A DNA stretch of 64,000 nucleotides, taken from positions 1,568,001 through 1,632,000 of the forward strand of contig OZ253462.1 in assembly GCA_965261395.1 (NCBI GenBank). The letters are read 5' to 3'. Below, piece after piece: positions 39,795 through 53,295 of this stretch (within the stretch, counting starts at the first letter, position 1; each line of letters begins with the position of its first letter). The position numbers and the translations under genes were made by a program. The notes beneath the pieces are model-generated. The model was given only the letters and a program-made list of their open reading frames with translations, ran no database searches and had not been told where the DNA came from. This DNA comes from Candidatus Latescibacterota bacterium. GTDB lineage: Bacteria; Latescibacterota; UBA2968; UBA8231.

Positions 39795-40955
39795 CTACAA
39801 CGCGAGATCGCCAATTTTCTTCAACGGCAGGGCCGTTATATCCTGCGCGAGCGGGTACTCCAAGTCGCCGGGATAGATTACCCACAGATGCTCAAGTCCT
39901 AAATCCTCGATGACGATGCGCATGGATTTCGTCGTGCGCGGGGCGTCAGTGCATTTGAACTCGAATCCATAGCGTTTGCCAGCGTGGGTGATGAGTAGAT
40001 CGAGTTCGGCCCCGCGATGCGTTCCCCAAAAATACGCCGAGTAATCGCCGTAGCCCATCAGCACCTGTTCCAGCGCAAAGCCCTCCCAAGAAGCCCCATA
40101 CTTAGGGTGTGACCGAATCTGGGCCATCGTCTCAATGCCGAGCAAGGTGTGCAGTAGGCCCGTATCGCGGATATACACTTTGGGGGCTTTCCGCTGGCGT
40201 TTGCCGATGTTTTCAAACCACGGTGGCAGGACACGTACTAAATAGGTCCCCGACAAGATATCCAGATACCGCCGCGCCGTCTTCTCGTTGGTGCCTAGTG
40301 CTCGCGCCAGTTCGGAACCATTCCAAGTCTGGCCGTGGTAATGACTCAGCATGGTCCAGAAGCGACGCAGAGTCTCTGCGGGGATGTTAATCCCCAATTG
40401 CGGGATGTCTTTTTCGAGAAACGTGTCCACGAAGGCCTCTCGCCATCGCGTACTGGCGCGGTCCGAAGCGGCCAGATAGGAACGCGGAAAGCCGCCCCGC
40501 AGCCAGAGCAAGTCGCGGTTTTCCATCCCTATCTCCGCGAGGACGAATCCCGGAATGGAAACGAATAGCACCCGCCCAGCTAAGGTTTCGGAAACGCCTT
40601 TTACTAAGGTCGGCGACGCACTGCCCAACAAGAGAAAACGAGCCGGACTTTCCGGACGATCTACCAGAGGCCGCAAGACGGAAAACAGCTCGGGCAGCCG
40701 TTGTATTTCATCTAGTACGACGAGCCCGTCTAGTGTGCCGAGAGTCTGTTCAGGAGTAGAAAGGGCCGTACGATCTGGTGCTCGATCGAGGTCGAAGTAG
40801 TGTACGGGCTGGCAACGGGAGGCAATTAGGCGGGCAAGGGTCGTCTTCCCCGTCTGGCGAGCACCTAGTAAAACGGTAATGGGAGCCTCATCGAGGCACT
40901 CTTCGATCTGGCTGAGCAGGTGAGGCCGCTGAATCTGCATCTGAGAATGTAGCAT
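39795..40955 (-). CDS. AAA+ ATPase with DUF4143-type C-terminus
   Basis: GARQTGKTT, LDEIQ, LLGSAS and ELDLL...FEFK; start may instead be ATG 40940. Confidence 0.9.
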   Translation of the reverse strand: MLHSQMQIQRPHLLSQIEECLDEAPITVLLGARQTGKTTLARLIASRCQPVHYFDLDRAPDRTALSTPEQTLGTLDGLVVLDEIQRLPELFSVLRPLVDRPESPARFLLLGSASPTLVKGVSETLAGRVLFVSIPGFVLAEIGMENRDLLWLRGGFPRSYLAASDRASTRWREAFVDTFLEKDIPQLGINIPAETLRRFWTMLSHYHGQTWNGSELARALGTNEKTARRYLDILSGTYLVRVLPPWFENIGKRQRKAPKVYIRDTGLLHTLLGIETMAQIRSHPKYGASWEGFALEQVLMGYGDYSAYFWGTHRGAELDLLITHAGKRYGFEFKCTDAPRTTKSMRIVIEDLGLEHLWVIYPGDLEYPLAQDITALPLKKIGDLAL

Positions 40956-40984
40956 ATTCGGAATATAAATCCGAATATACTACA
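40948..40984. promoter_or_regulatory. 15-bp inverted repeat (candidate operator)
   Basis: TGTAGCATATTCGGA-ATATAAA-TCCGAATATACTACA (14/15 match). Confidence 0.65.
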
Positions 40985-41022
40985 AAACAACTTGGTTAGG
41001 ATAGACGGATCAGTGAGGCGTA

Positions 41023-41051
41023 TTGACAGGCAATTCGATATGTGTTATAAT
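41023..41051 (+). promoter_or_regulatory. consensus sigma70 promoter of hsdM
   Basis: TTGACA (41023-41028), 17 bp spacer, TATAAT (41046-41051); ATG at 41060. Confidence 0.8.
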
Positions 41052-41059
41052 TTACAATT

Positions 41060-42911
<1,852 letters not shown>

Positions 42912-42928
<17 letters not shown>

Positions 42929-44186
42929 ATGGGCACAGCGTCGCTTGGGTGAAGTAACGGTTCCCACATCGATGTGGAACCCTCGCCGCGACCCCCGTCC
43001 ATCGATCCGTTACATCGACGTTTCGGCCATTTCGCGGGATGAACTCAGGATCGTCTCCGAGGCAACATACTCGGCGGACAATGCCCCGAGCCGAGCGCGC
43101 AAAATCGTCGAGACCGGGGATACGATCTTCGCGACGGTCCGCCCCACGCTACGGCGAATTGCACAGATACCGGCGTCTCTGGATGGTGAGATAGTCTCTA
43201 CGGCCTTTTGTGTCCTACGACCCGACCTTCAGGCGATTGCCTCGGATTTTCTCTATTTCGCCACACAGCTTGAGTCCGTGATGGAAGGCATCGCCTCAAT
43301 GGAGTCGGGGGCAAGCTATCCGGCGGTGCGGGATGTTGACGTTCTGGATCAAGTAATTCCACTGCCGCCTTTGCCTGAGCAACGGGAAATTGCTGCTGTT
43401 CTCAATACCATACGCACAGCTTCGCTTCATCAAGCCCAATGTGAAGCGAACGCGACGGCTCTCAAACGCGCCGCGATGCGAGAGCTATTCACGAACGGTC
43501 TGCGGGGTGAAGCACAGAAGGAAACCGAGATTGGGCGGATGCCGGAGAGTTGGGAGTTGTCAACGCTGGGAACACTTTGCGAAAGCACTGATTCAGTTGA
43601 TCTCCGATCCGAGGCCGACCGGATGATTGAGTATGTGGATGTCTCCTCTATCTCTCGCGATTATATGCACATCGAAATGACATCCCGATTCATACTCAAA
43701 GAAGCTCCCGGCCGTGCGAGAAAACGTATTTTGACTAGCGACGTTATATTTGCGACCGTGCGGCCTACTCTCTTGCGCGTTGCCATCGTCCCCGAGGAAC
43801 TGGACAACCAAGTTTGCTCCACAGCGTTCTGTGTCCTGCGTCGGGACAGCAAGATGAGCACCCACAATTTCATCTACTACGTCGTGCAGCGGGACCAGTT
43901 TGTCCAGCAACTCGCCGAGATTGAAACTGGAGCTAGCTACCCCGCTGTAACAGATCGGATGGTCAAGGAACAGGTAGTTCCGATGCCGAGTCTGGAGGAA
44001 CAGCACGAGATCGTCGCCATCCTCGACGCCATTGACCGCAAGATTGACCTGCACCGAAGGAAACGGGCGGTGCTCGACGATTTGTTTAAGGCGCTGTTGC
44101 ACAAGCTGATGACAGGTGAGATTCGGGTTATTGATCTTGACCTGCCTACCATTACCATTGAAGGAGCCGAGTGCTCCAATAAATAG
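42912..44186 (+). CDS. hsdS: type I RM specificity subunit
   Basis: Two TRDs; [22 protein letters not shown] and [10 protein letters not shown] conserved regions. Confidence 0.95.
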
Positions 44187-44282
44187 AGGCTGAGCAATGT
44201 GAGATGAGTTCGATAATGGCAAACCTGAGACCTCATCATGGACACTGTCCAGCATGGTGCAGCCATCTGACATGGAGATAAC

Positions 44283-46271
44283 ATGAAACTAACGAAAGTC
44301 CGTATCACCGAGTTCCAGAGCATTCAGGATTCGACCGAATTTGAAATCGGCGATGTCACCTGTTTGGTTGGGAAGAACGAAGCGGGAAAGACCGCCCTTC
44401 TCAAGGCTCTGTACCGTTTGAATCCCATCGTCGAGGGAGAAGGGCACTTCGATACCACCGATGACTATCCCCGCCGCTCAGTAAATGACTACGAAGACGA
44501 TGTCGCGGCTGGAAATCGCGAGCCGGCCACAGTCGTCAAAGCTACATATAGGCTCGATCCCAACGATGTGCAGGCCGTCATTGAGGTCTTTGGGTCTGAA
44601 TGCGTCGAGAGCGACTCACCGCACCTGACTCTTAGCAAGGGGTATTCGAATGACATCCCGTACAGTGCTATCGAAGTCAACGCCGACGTTGCTCTGCGTC
44701 ACTTGGTAGAGACCTCCGGTCTCCCTATGCCGCTCGCTGAGGAGGTACAGAGTTCTTCCAAGATTGAAGAAATGGTGCAGAAGCTTGCTGATGCCGAGCA
44801 GACCGAAGCGGTGCAGTCTCTCACACCAAAGCTCCAGCAGATCTCTGAGCAGGGCGTTCCCCATTTTATCTACGACACGATCCTGCATGACCGCATTCCG
44901 AAATTCCTCTACTTCGACGAATACTATCGGATGAAGGGACAAGACAACCTCGACACGCTCAGGCAGCGCGTCTATAACAAGGCACTCGAGGGATCTGACC
45001 ACCCCCTACTCGGACTAATTGATCTGGCAGGACTTAAGCTGGACCAACTCGTTAATCCGGGTCGAACGGAGACGCTGATTGCACGCCTTGAGGCCGCCGA
45101 GAATCAACTTACTCAGAGGGTCTTGAGATACTGGTCGCAGAACCAACACCTCAGGATGAAGTTCGATATTCGGCCAGCCCAACCCGAGGATGGTCCGGGA
45201 ATGACCGCAGGTACAAATATCTGGGGGCGCGTCCAAGACACGAAGCACATGGTGACTACGCCACTTGGAACCAGATCTCGGGGTTTTGTCTGGTTCTTCT
45301 CGTTTCTTGCTTGGTATTCAAAGCTTAAGAAAGAGGGAGGACCTCTCATCCTACTTCTGGACGAACCGGGTTTATCCCTACACGCCAAGGCTCAGGGAGA
45401 CCTTCTGCACTATTTTGAAGAGGAGCTTAAGCCTCATCACCAACTCGTCTATACGACCCATTCACCGTTCATGGTAGACCCGACCCGCTTTGACCGCGTA
45501 CGCATCGTCCAAAATCTGAGCGTTGAGGCTGATTCGGACGACCTACCTGAGCAACAACAGGGGACCAAGGTCTTTACGGATGTCCTTGAGGCTATATCGG
45601 ATAGCCTCTTCCCACTCCAAGGTGCTCTTGGCTATGAGATCAACCAGACACTTTTTGTTGGCCCTAATAGTCTCGTGGTCGAAGGTGTGTCCGACTTACT
45701 CTATATACAGACTATGTCGGCTCTTCTTCAGGAGAAGGGGAAGGTTGGCCTGAACAGCGATTGGACCATTACGCCCGTTGGAGGTTCCGATAAAGTCCCG
45801 ACGTTCGTTGCTCTGATTGGCGCACAGACTAACCTGAACGTCGCTGTCTTTGTCGATTTCCAAAAGAAAGATCGACAAGGCATCGAGAATCTGTACAAGA
45901 AAAAGCTGCTCAACAAGAAGAACGTCATCACCTTCGCGGATTTTGTCGAGAACGACGAAGCGGACATCGAGGACATGTTCAATCCCGACTTCTATCTGAA
46001 GTTGGTGAACAAAGCATTTGGCTCCTCAGTTGCCTTGGCTAATCTGCCAACGGAGCAGCCTCGAATCATTCGTCGGATTGAGGGCTATCTGAAGAACAAC
46101 CCGTTTCCAAACGGCACGCCATTCAACCACTACCGTCCTGCTCGCTACTTCAGCGAAAATATTGGTTCGCTGGCGGCTGAGTTGAGTGAGCCCGAACTTG
46201 ATCGCTTTGAGCAGGCATTCAAGGTGCTGAATGCACTGTTGTCGGTGAGAACGGGCGATCCCCGAGATTGA
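44283..46271 (+). CDS. OLD-like ABC ATPase-TOPRIM ATP-dependent nuclease
   Basis: GKNEAGKT, LLLDEPGLSLH, YTTHSPF and VVEGVSD motifs. Confidence 0.85.
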   Translation: MKLTKVRITEFQSIQDSTEFEIGDVTCLVGKNEAGKTALLKALYRLNPIVEGEGHFDTTDDYPRRSVNDYEDDVAAGNREPATVVKATYRLDPNDVQAVIEVFGSECVESDSPHLTLSKGYSNDIPYSAIEVNADVALRHLVETSGLPMPLAEEVQSSSKIEEMVQKLADAEQTEAVQSLTPKLQQISEQGVPHFIYDTILHDRIPKFLYFDEYYRMKGQDNLDTLRQRVYNKALEGSDHPLLGLIDLAGLKLDQLVNPGRTETLIARLEAAENQLTQRVLRYWSQNQHLRMKFDIRPAQPEDGPGMTAGTNIWGRVQDTKHMVTTPLGTRSRGFVWFFSFLAWYSKLKKEGGPLILLLDEPGLSLHAKAQGDLLHYFEEELKPHHQLVYTTHSPFMVDPTRFDRVRIVQNLSVEADSDDLPEQQQGTKVFTDVLEAISDSLFPLQGALGYEINQTLFVGPNSLVVEGVSDLLYIQTMSALLQEKGKVGLNSDWTITPVGGSDKVPTFVALIGAQTNLNVAVFVDFQKKDRQGIENLYKKKLLNKKNVITFADFVENDEADIEDMFNPDFYLKLVNKAFGSSVALANLPTEQPRIIRRIEGYLKNNPFPNGTPFNHYRPARYFSENIGSLAAELSEPELDRFEQAFKVLNALLSVRTGDPRD

Positions 46272-46401
46272 GGATGCCAACGACTGAGTGACCGTGAGCT
46301 TTCGATACGGCCAATTGGCGTTGCCCGTAATCCGAGCAAGAAGGATCGGGCGCTAGGATTGTCCCGTCACATGACGCTATTAAAATAAGAGAGCAGAAGC
46401 A

Positions 46402-46707
46402 ATGAACCCACAGGTATCAGTATCGAAGACCGCGCTGGCCGCCTTCTGTCAAGAGCACGGTATCAAGCGGCTCGCCATCTTTGGCTCAGCGCTGCGAGAG
46501 GACTTCGGACCAGAGAGCGATATAGATGTGCTTGTCGAGTTCGAACCAGATCGCATTCCCGGACTGCTCGGCGTTGCCGGCATGGAACTGGAGTTATCTA
46601 GGTTGTTCACGGGACGCACCGTGGATCTGCGGACACCCGAGGATCTGAGCCCTTACTTCCGGCAAGATGTTCTGGCCACGGCGGAAGTTCAATATGATCA
46701 AGCATGA
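46402..46707 (+). CDS. MntA-like minimal nucleotidyltransferase antitoxin
   Basis: [22 protein letters not shown] (GS...DxD) and VDLRT. Confidence 0.9.
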   Translation: MNPQVSVSKTALAAFCQEHGIKRLAIFGSALREDFGPESDIDVLVEFEPDRIPGLLGVAGMELELSRLFTGRTVDLRTPEDLSPYFRQDVLATAEVQYDQA

Positions 46708-46741
46708 CGAAATCCGCTTACGCCACCTGAATCATGACTGA
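46694..46741 (+). pseudogene. 5' stub of a HepT/DUF86 HEPN toxin
   Basis: [12 protein letters not shown] then stop; overlaps the antitoxin end like a DUF86 start (DxxRLxH). Confidence 0.6.
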
Positions 46742-46775
46742 ACCCAAATGAAGCTGCTATTTAAGGAGTAGGACT

Positions 46776-48458
46776 ATGTCTCTCGCTACGCAAATCATTG
46801 ACCAACAGGTGTCCGGCATCATCGCGAAACACTCGGACACCTTTGCCAACGAGCTTCGGCTGGGCACCGACGAACAGAAGAGGCGTTCGATAGCATTTTT
46901 ATTTCTCGTCGCGAAAACGGCGTTCGACCTCACCGACGAGGAGACGCTCGACGGGGTTGTCGATGGCGGCAACGATTTCGGGGTCGATGCGCTCTACTTT
47001 GAACCGCCTGTCGATGGGGATCTTCACATCACCCTGATACAGGGAAAATACAGAAGGGACCTCGGTGGAGACGCGGCATTCCCCGAAAACGCAATCGCCA
47101 AGATAATCGATGCAATCGGCGCACTCTTCGACCCGGCAAAACCAGTGAGGTTGAATAAGCGGCTGGACCAGCGGGTCGAAGACATACGTTCGTTTGTTGC
47201 AGAAGGCGCGATTCCACGAGTGACCGCAGTCGCCGCGAACAACGGAGCACGCTGGACGGCGGAAGCGCAGCAACGGATCGACAATGCCGCGCAGGATTTC
47301 GCAGGGCAGGTCGAATGGCGTTACATCGGGGCCGAGGAGCTCCTTGCTCTGGTACAGGCGCGGAAACCGATCAGCGCCGAGTTGCAGTTTACCGGGCACG
47401 CGACAGTCGAGACCTTCGACTTTCGGCGCGTACTGATAGGGCGCATGTCGGTCGCCGAGCTCGCACGTCTGACCAACGAGTACGATAATCAGCTATTCGA
47501 AAGGAATATCCGCCGCTATCTGGGTCTCACGGGCAACCGCGTAAACGAAGCCGTCGCGGCCACCCTGCGCGAGCCGGATCAGCGCCCGAATTTCTATTTC
47601 TATAATAATGGCGTCACAATCACTTGCTCCCAGTTCCGCCACAATGCACTCCAGAGGGATAGCTGGCGGGTGCAAGTGAATGACCTGCAGATCGTCAACG
47701 GCGGGCAGACGGCGCGCACCGTTCAGCAGATCGCTAGGGAAATCGGTCCAGAGATTGAAGAGGCAGAGGTGCTTGTCCGTATATATGAACTCCAGCAGGA
47801 CGACAACGAGCTAGTCGAGGCGATTACATTCGCCACGAACAGCCAGAACCCGGTCGATCTAAGGGATCTGAAAGCGAACGAGCCGCACCAAGAAGCCCTG
47901 AGCACGTCGATTTCCGGGTTGGGATATGCATACCGAGCCAAGCGCGAAGACCGAGCCGTATCACCCAATGAATTTACGAGTGCCGTAATCGCCGAAGCCG
48001 TCTTGGCGATCTGGCGTCACCGGCCGCATCAGGCGAGATTCAGCAGCCGAGAACATTTTGGTGCGCTGTACAACACGATCTTCACGGAAGACCTAAACGG
48101 TGCGCAAGCGATCATTGCCGCCCTGTTACTCAGGCATGCGGAAAACCGCCGCAAGAGGCCTCCGAAAGATGCTCCCGATTTCCTTGCTTATGGTTCCCGT
48201 TTCATCGCCATGCTGATGGGCCGCTATCTTCTGGAAGAAATGGACATTACGCTGGACAAACTCGACCACCGCAACTTCGGGCAGGCGTGGAAACTAGTCG
48301 AACAAAAGTCGGACAGTTATTTATCTCTCGCCGAGAAAAGGATCGGAGAGGCGCTCAGTCCGTTGTTTAGCGAGAGAGAGCGGACGCTGCAACGACTGTC
48401 AGCGACCTTCCGTCGAGCCGACCTTGTCGACATGCTCCTAGATGCCGGCGATGCGTAA
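46776..48458 (+). CDS. AIPR-family protein
   Basis: DGGNDFGVDA, LFERNIRRYLG, FYFYNNGVT, IVNGGQT and TNSQN. Confidence 0.92.
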   Translation: MSLATQIIDQQVSGIIAKHSDTFANELRLGTDEQKRRSIAFLFLVAKTAFDLTDEETLDGVVDGGNDFGVDALYFEPPVDGDLHITLIQGKYRRDLGGDAAFPENAIAKIIDAIGALFDPAKPVRLNKRLDQRVEDIRSFVAEGAIPRVTAVAANNGARWTAEAQQRIDNAAQDFAGQVEWRYIGAEELLALVQARKPISAELQFTGHATVETFDFRRVLIGRMSVAELARLTNEYDNQLFERNIRRYLGLTGNRVNEAVAATLREPDQRPNFYFYNNGVTITCSQFRHNALQRDSWRVQVNDLQIVNGGQTARTVQQIAREIGPEIEEAEVLVRIYELQQDDNELVEAITFATNSQNPVDLRDLKANEPHQEALSTSISGLGYAYRAKREDRAVSPNEFTSAVIAEAVLAIWRHRPHQARFSSREHFGALYNTIFTEDLNGAQAIIAALLLRHAENRRKRPPKDAPDFLAYGSRFIAMLMGRYLLEEMDITLDKLDHRNFGQAWKLVEQKSDSYLSLAEKRIGEALSPLFSERERTLQRLSATFRRADLVDMLLDAGDA

Positions 48459-48645
48459 CGAGTTCAGAATTATTAGCGCCGGAACGAAGTACGAACATCT
48501 GTGGGTGGATAGATCAAGCACCGTCCGCGCATTGGACAACGGGCGTCCGTCATATCCGACCTCCAAATCACCGCATAGTCCGCCATGTCGAGAAGATCGG
48601 CTGCTAGACACGGATTCCGCCCGAGGACGCACTGCACACACACCA

Positions 48646-49879
48646 CCAGCACGTCAGCGAGCACACCATCGAAGAGCTGAGCGGCGAACTCCAGAGGATT
48701 GACCCACCGGCGTTTCCGGCGGTAGAACGGGTTCAGATCGCGGCGAACCGCGAAGTGCTAGTGATCGGAGTGAGTCCGGGACCGGTGAGGCCGTACACCT
48801 ATCGAGGTGCCGCCTACCGCCGTGTCGGGAATACCACTCTGGCCATGACCGCCGACGAGTACAACCGGATGCTGTTCGAGCGCATGCACAGCGAACAACG
48901 CTGGGAGAACCAGCCAGCCACCGGGTGGTCGGTCGATGACCTCGATGTGGGAGAGATTCGACGGACTGTCACGATAGCCGTCTAGGAGGGCCGACTGGAG
49001 GAGCCCATAAGTAGGGAGCCGTTCGACCTGCTGCGCGGACTTGGACTTCTACGCGACGGCGTTTTACTTCGGGCGGCGGCGGTGCTGTTCGGCAACGTAG
49101 ATCGCCTCGAATTCGATATGCCGCAGTGCCTGCTTCGCGTCGCTCGTTTCCGAGGTGTCGACAAGATGAGGTTTTTGGACAACCGCCAATTCAACGGCAA
49201 CGCCTTCGCACTGCTCGCGCACGCGGAGCGTTTCCTGCGCGACACCCTGCCCATCGCCGGTCGATTCGAGCAAGACCGCTTCGAGCGGATTGACGAACCG
49301 CTCTATCCGCCTCTGGCGACGCGAGAAGCGCTGGCCAACGCCCTGTGCCATCGCGACTACTCCATCGGCGGCGGCTCCATTGGCGTAGCGGTTTACGATG
49401 ACCGTCTGGAGGTGACCTCTGCTGGCTCACTGCACTTTGGCCTGACGCCAGAGGAGCTGTTCGCCCCGCACGAATCGCGGCCGTGGAATCCGTTGATCGC
49501 TCGCACCTTTTACCGACGCGGCGTCATCGAGAAGTGGGGGAGTGGGACCCTCAAGATGGCTGAACTGACAAGTAGCGCAGGCCTTCCAATCCCGGAGATA
49601 GAAGATGCCAGTGGGTGTGTCACGGTGCGCTTTCGACACGGCCAATTCGTGCCACTTAGAGGGAACATGAGCGAACGACAGGAGGCAATCATCGCTCTGC
49701 TAGATCGTGTGAACGATGGATTGACGCTACGCGAAATCCAAGCGCGACTGGCTCCTGCCGTCAGCGAACGCCAAGTGCGAAGGGCGCTGGAGGGATTGAG
49801 AGACCGAGGGTTGGTGTCGGCAGGTCTCGGCCCATCGGCTCTCTGGAAGCGCACTAAAAATAGGGGGTACCGAGCATGA
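48646..49879 (+). pseudogene. 5'-truncated AlbA_2/Schlafen + HATPase-like + HTH gene with an in-frame TAG at 48983-48985
   Basis: TIEELSGELQRIDPP..., YRRVGNTT, REALANALCHRDY and WNPLIA...GSG; the two ORFs share one frame. Confidence 0.8.
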
Positions 49880-49899
49880 CGACTCATAAAAGCCCAGAG

Positions 49900-49948
49900 G
49901 CGCGATGGGCGTGATAGGAGCGTGATGGGGGCGTGATGGGGGCGCGAT
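49900..49948 (+). repeat. short tandem repeat, ~11-bp unit GCGYGATRGRR
   Basis: gcgcgatgg gcgtgatagga gcgtgatgggg gcgtgatgggg gcgcgat. Confidence 0.7.
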
Positions 49949-50012
49949 TATGCCTCATTCGTACCGGAGGCCGACCCTTTCATCCAAGGGCTTCCAGCGA
50001 CAAGATCAGGTC

Positions 50013-52949
50013 ATGACTGAATTCAACATCACCGAAGCTGGCTCCGTCCAGTTCCCCATGGTCCGCCACGCGGCCGAAATCGGCTGGACACCCATCCCGC
50101 CCGATAGCTCCCTGCAAAAGCGCGGCGGCGAAGCCGGGATGCTGTTCCGCGATGAGCTTGAAGGAGCACTCGGGCGATTCAATCCTTGGATGACAGACGA
50201 TTCCATCCGCGCCGTCGTCGAACGACTTGAAGCGATCCCACCGACGATTGAGGGCAACCGCGAGATGCTCGCTTGGCTGCGCGGAGAGCGGCAGTGGTAC
50301 GACGAGGCCGAAAAGCGATCCAGACCCGTCCAGCTCATCGACTTCGATGCGTCCAGCAACAACATTTTTCACGTCACTTGGGAATGGAAGCTCAAGCCGC
50401 CAGCGCGCAAGGGCAACCGTGCGGACGTGATGTTCGTCGTCAACGGCGTGCCGGTCGCTATCGTCGAGCATAAGCACCCAAAAGACGCCGACGCTATCGA
50501 GCGGGGCGTCACTCAATTGAAACGCTACGAGAAGGAAACGCCAGAGCTGATGGGGACGGCGCAGTTCTTCAACGTTACTCACCTTCTCGACTATTGGTAT
50601 GGCGTCACTTGGAACATAGCGCGCCGGTCCATGGCGCGTTGGAAGGAGCGGCCGGAAGAAAGCTACCGCTTCGCCGTCCAGTCGTTTTTCGAGCCGACCG
50701 ATTTCCTGCGCACACTGCGCGATTGGATCCTGTTCTACGTTGAAGACGGCGAGACGCAAAAGTCCGTGCTGCGCCAGCACCAACGCCGAGCCGTGGACCG
50801 CATCGTCGAGCGCTGCGCCGAGCCGACGAAACAGCGCGGACTCATCTGGCATACCCAAGGCTCCGGCAAGACCTTCACCCTGCTCACGGCCGCTCGGCTG
50901 ATCTTGGAACGCAAGGATGAATTCCGCACGCCGACGGTGGTAGTGGTCGTGGACCGAACGGAACTCGAAGGGCAACTCAAGGGTTGGGTCGAGCGGCTAC
51001 TCGGCGAGATGCAGCAGCAGGACATCGCAGTATGGCGAGCAGACTCCAAGGCAGAGCTACGGGATATGCTCAAAACCGACAAGCGCGGCCTGATCCTATC
51101 CATGATCCACAAGTTCGAGGGGCTGGAGCAAGACGCCAATACTCGCGACACTGTGTACGTATTCATCGACGAGGCACACCGCTCAGTCGCCAAGGAACTG
51201 GGCACCTATCTGATGGCAGCCGTGCCCAACGCGACAATCATCGGCTTCACCGGTACGCCGATTGACCAGACCGCGTATGGGAAAGGTACCTTCAAGATAT
51301 TCGGAGTCGATGACGAACTGGGCTATCTCGACAAGTACCCCATCGCCGAGTCGATTAAAGACGAGACGACGCTACCGATCCGCCACACCATGGCCCCGAG
51401 CGAGATGACGGTACCGGCAAAGCGGCTCGACCAGGAATTTTTCGCCCTCGCTGAAATGGACGGCGTTACCGACGTCGACGAACTTAACAAGGTCCTCGAC
51501 CGAACTATCGGCCTGCGCACCTTCCTCACTGCCGACGACCGCATCGAGAAGGTCGCCGCGTTTGTCGCCAAACATTTTCGCGAGAACGTGGCACCGCTCC
51601 ATTACAAGGCGTTCCTCGTCGGCGTGAACCGCGAAGCCTGTGCCAAGTACAAGCGGGCGCTCGACAAGCTGCTGCCCCCCGAATGGACTGCGCCGGTCTA
51701 TACCGAGAATGCCGCCGACATCGTCAACCGCCCGCTCGTGGCGGAGTACCAGCTTTCGCCGGACCTCGAGGCAGATACGCGCCTGATGTTCAAGAAAGCG
51801 GATGCGAATCCGAAGATCCTCATCGTCACCGACAAACTACTCACAGGCTACGACGCGCCGCTCCTCTACTGCCTGTATCTCGACAAGCCCATGCGCGACC
51901 ACGTGCTCCTGCAAGCCATCGCGCGCGTGAACCGCCCTTACGGCACAAATAAAAAAATCGGCCTCGTGGTCGATTTTGTGGGCGTACTGCGCGAATTAAA
52001 AAAGGCGTTGCAGTTCGACTCATCCGATGTCAGTGGCGCAATTGAGGACCTCGATCTCCTGCTGAGAGACTTGCTCGACAAGCTCGGACGAGCGGAAGCT
52101 ACCTACCTCGCCGATGGGGAAAACGGTGGCGCAGATGAACAACTGGAGAAGCTCGTCTATGGGCGTTTTCTAGCACCAGAGCAGCGCAAGGAGTTCTTTG
52201 AAGCCTACAAGGAGATCGAAGCACTTTGGGAGATCCTGTCACCTTCGCCAGAGTTGCGCGACTACATCGAAACCTTCAGGCGGCTGGCGCGACTCTACGA
52301 GACCGTGTGCAACGCCTATGCCAAGGGCACCAACTACACGGCGGACTTGGCTAACAAAACGCGGTTTCTGGTACAAGAAAATGCTACTCAAGAAGGGCTC
52401 GGCCGTCTGACGAAGACCGTGACGTTTGACGTATCCACCCTTAAAACGCTGCAAAGCGAGCCGGGCTTGGAGGAGGCCAAGGTGTTCAACCTCGTACGCG
52501 GACTCCGGCAGGAAATCGAGAGCAACCCAGACAAAGAGTCCGTGCTGCTGCCCTTAAAGGAACGCGCCGAAAGCATCCTGAAGGAACTGGAAAATCGCAA
52601 GACGACTGCGCTAGCGGCCATGGATCGGCTAGCTGATCTTGCCGCGGAGAAGGATGCAGCCAGCCGGGCCGAACGGGATAGCGGGCTATCGTCGCGCGCG
52701 TTCGCCGTCCATTGGGCACTGAAGGACGACGCCAAGCTGAAGATCGCTGGCATCAATACTTTGGAGTTGGCACAACGAGCGGAAACGCTTCTCGACCGTT
52801 TCCCCAACGCGGCTGTCAACGCCGATGAACAACGACGGCTGCGCACGGCCCTCTATGTTCCGTTGCTGCGACTGCAAAGAGACGAACGGAGCCGCGTCGT
52901 AGAGCGCATCCTCGGCATTTTGGGAGCAAGCATCGATGCGGACGCCTGA
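50013..52949 (+). CDS. hsdR: type I RM restriction subunit
   Basis: [38 protein letters not shown] and LQAIARVNR. Confidence 0.96.
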   Translation: MTEFNITEAGSVQFPMVRHAAEIGWTPIPPDSSLQKRGGEAGMLFRDELEGALGRFNPWMTDDSIRAVVERLEAIPPTIEGNREMLAWLRGERQWYDEAEKRSRPVQLIDFDASSNNIFHVTWEWKLKPPARKGNRADVMFVVNGVPVAIVEHKHPKDADAIERGVTQLKRYEKETPELMGTAQFFNVTHLLDYWYGVTWNIARRSMARWKERPEESYRFAVQSFFEPTDFLRTLRDWILFYVEDGETQKSVLRQHQRRAVDRIVERCAEPTKQRGLIWHTQGSGKTFTLLTAARLILERKDEFRTPTVVVVVDRTELEGQLKGWVERLLGEMQQQDIAVWRADSKAELRDMLKTDKRGLILSMIHKFEGLEQDANTRDTVYVFIDEAHRSVAKELGTYLMAAVPNATIIGFTGTPIDQTAYGKGTFKIFGVDDELGYLDKYPIAESIKDETTLPIRHTMAPSEMTVPAKRLDQEFFALAEMDGVTDVDELNKVLDRTIGLRTFLTADDRIEKVAAFVAKHFRENVAPLHYKAFLVGVNREACAKYKRALDKLLPPEWTAPVYTENAADIVNRPLVAEYQLSPDLEADTRLMFKKADANPKILIVTDKLLTGYDAPLLYCLYLDKPMRDHVLLQAIARVNRPYGTNKKIGLVVDFVGVLRELKKALQFDSSDVSGAIEDLDLLLRDLLDKLGRAEATYLADGENGGADEQLEKLVYGRFLAPEQRKEFFEAYKEIEALWEILSPSPELRDYIETFRRLARLYETVCNAYAKGTNYTADLANKTRFLVQENATQEGLGRLTKTVTFDVSTLKTLQSEPGLEEAKVFNLVRGLRQEIESNPDKESVLLPLKERAESILKELENRKTTALAAMDRLADLAAEKDAASRAERDSGLSSRAFAVHWALKDDAKLKIAGINTLELAQRAETLLDRFPNAAVNADEQRRLRTALYVPLLRLQRDERSRVVERILGILGASIDADA

Positions 52950-53295
52950 CGAACGACGCAAGGTCATGCGCGAGCGCGTCGCATCTTGGGCGCAGCGGCT
53001 GAACGTCCAGCCGCGACAGGTGCGCGTGCAGTGCATGACGCGCAAGTGGGGCTCGTGTTCGACCGCAGGTGTCGTCACCCTCGCCGCTGACCTCTCTGAT
53101 CAGGACTTAGGCTTTCAAGATTTCGTCATTGTCCACGAGTTGCTACACCTACGCGTGCCCAACCACGGCAAGCTCTTCAAAGCTTTGCTAACGGCTCACG
53201 TGCCCGCTTGGCAAACCTACGACACAGCACGCGCCCCTCAGCTCACCAACGCCAAACGGCCCACCGCGCCAAACGAATCCGCCGCCAAGCGATAG
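52936..53295 (+). CDS. M48/YgjP-like metallopeptidase (short form)
   Basis: RKWGSCS and VIVHELLHL...NHGK; usual hsdR neighbour. Confidence 0.85.
   Translation: MRTPDERRKVMRERVASWAQRLNVQPRQVRVQCMTRKWGSCSTAGVVTLAADLSDQDLGFQDFVIVHELLHLRVPNHGKLFKALLTAHVPAWQTYDTARAPQLTNAKRPTAPNESAAKR

Noticed and set aside
48451-48702. MRNEF... as a HicB-like antitoxin start after AIPR
   Set aside because: Only about five residues resemble it; not enough support
48983-48985. In-frame TAG as pyrrolysine or programmed readthrough
   Set aside because: The gene is also 5'-truncated, so ordinary pseudogenisation is the simpler explanation
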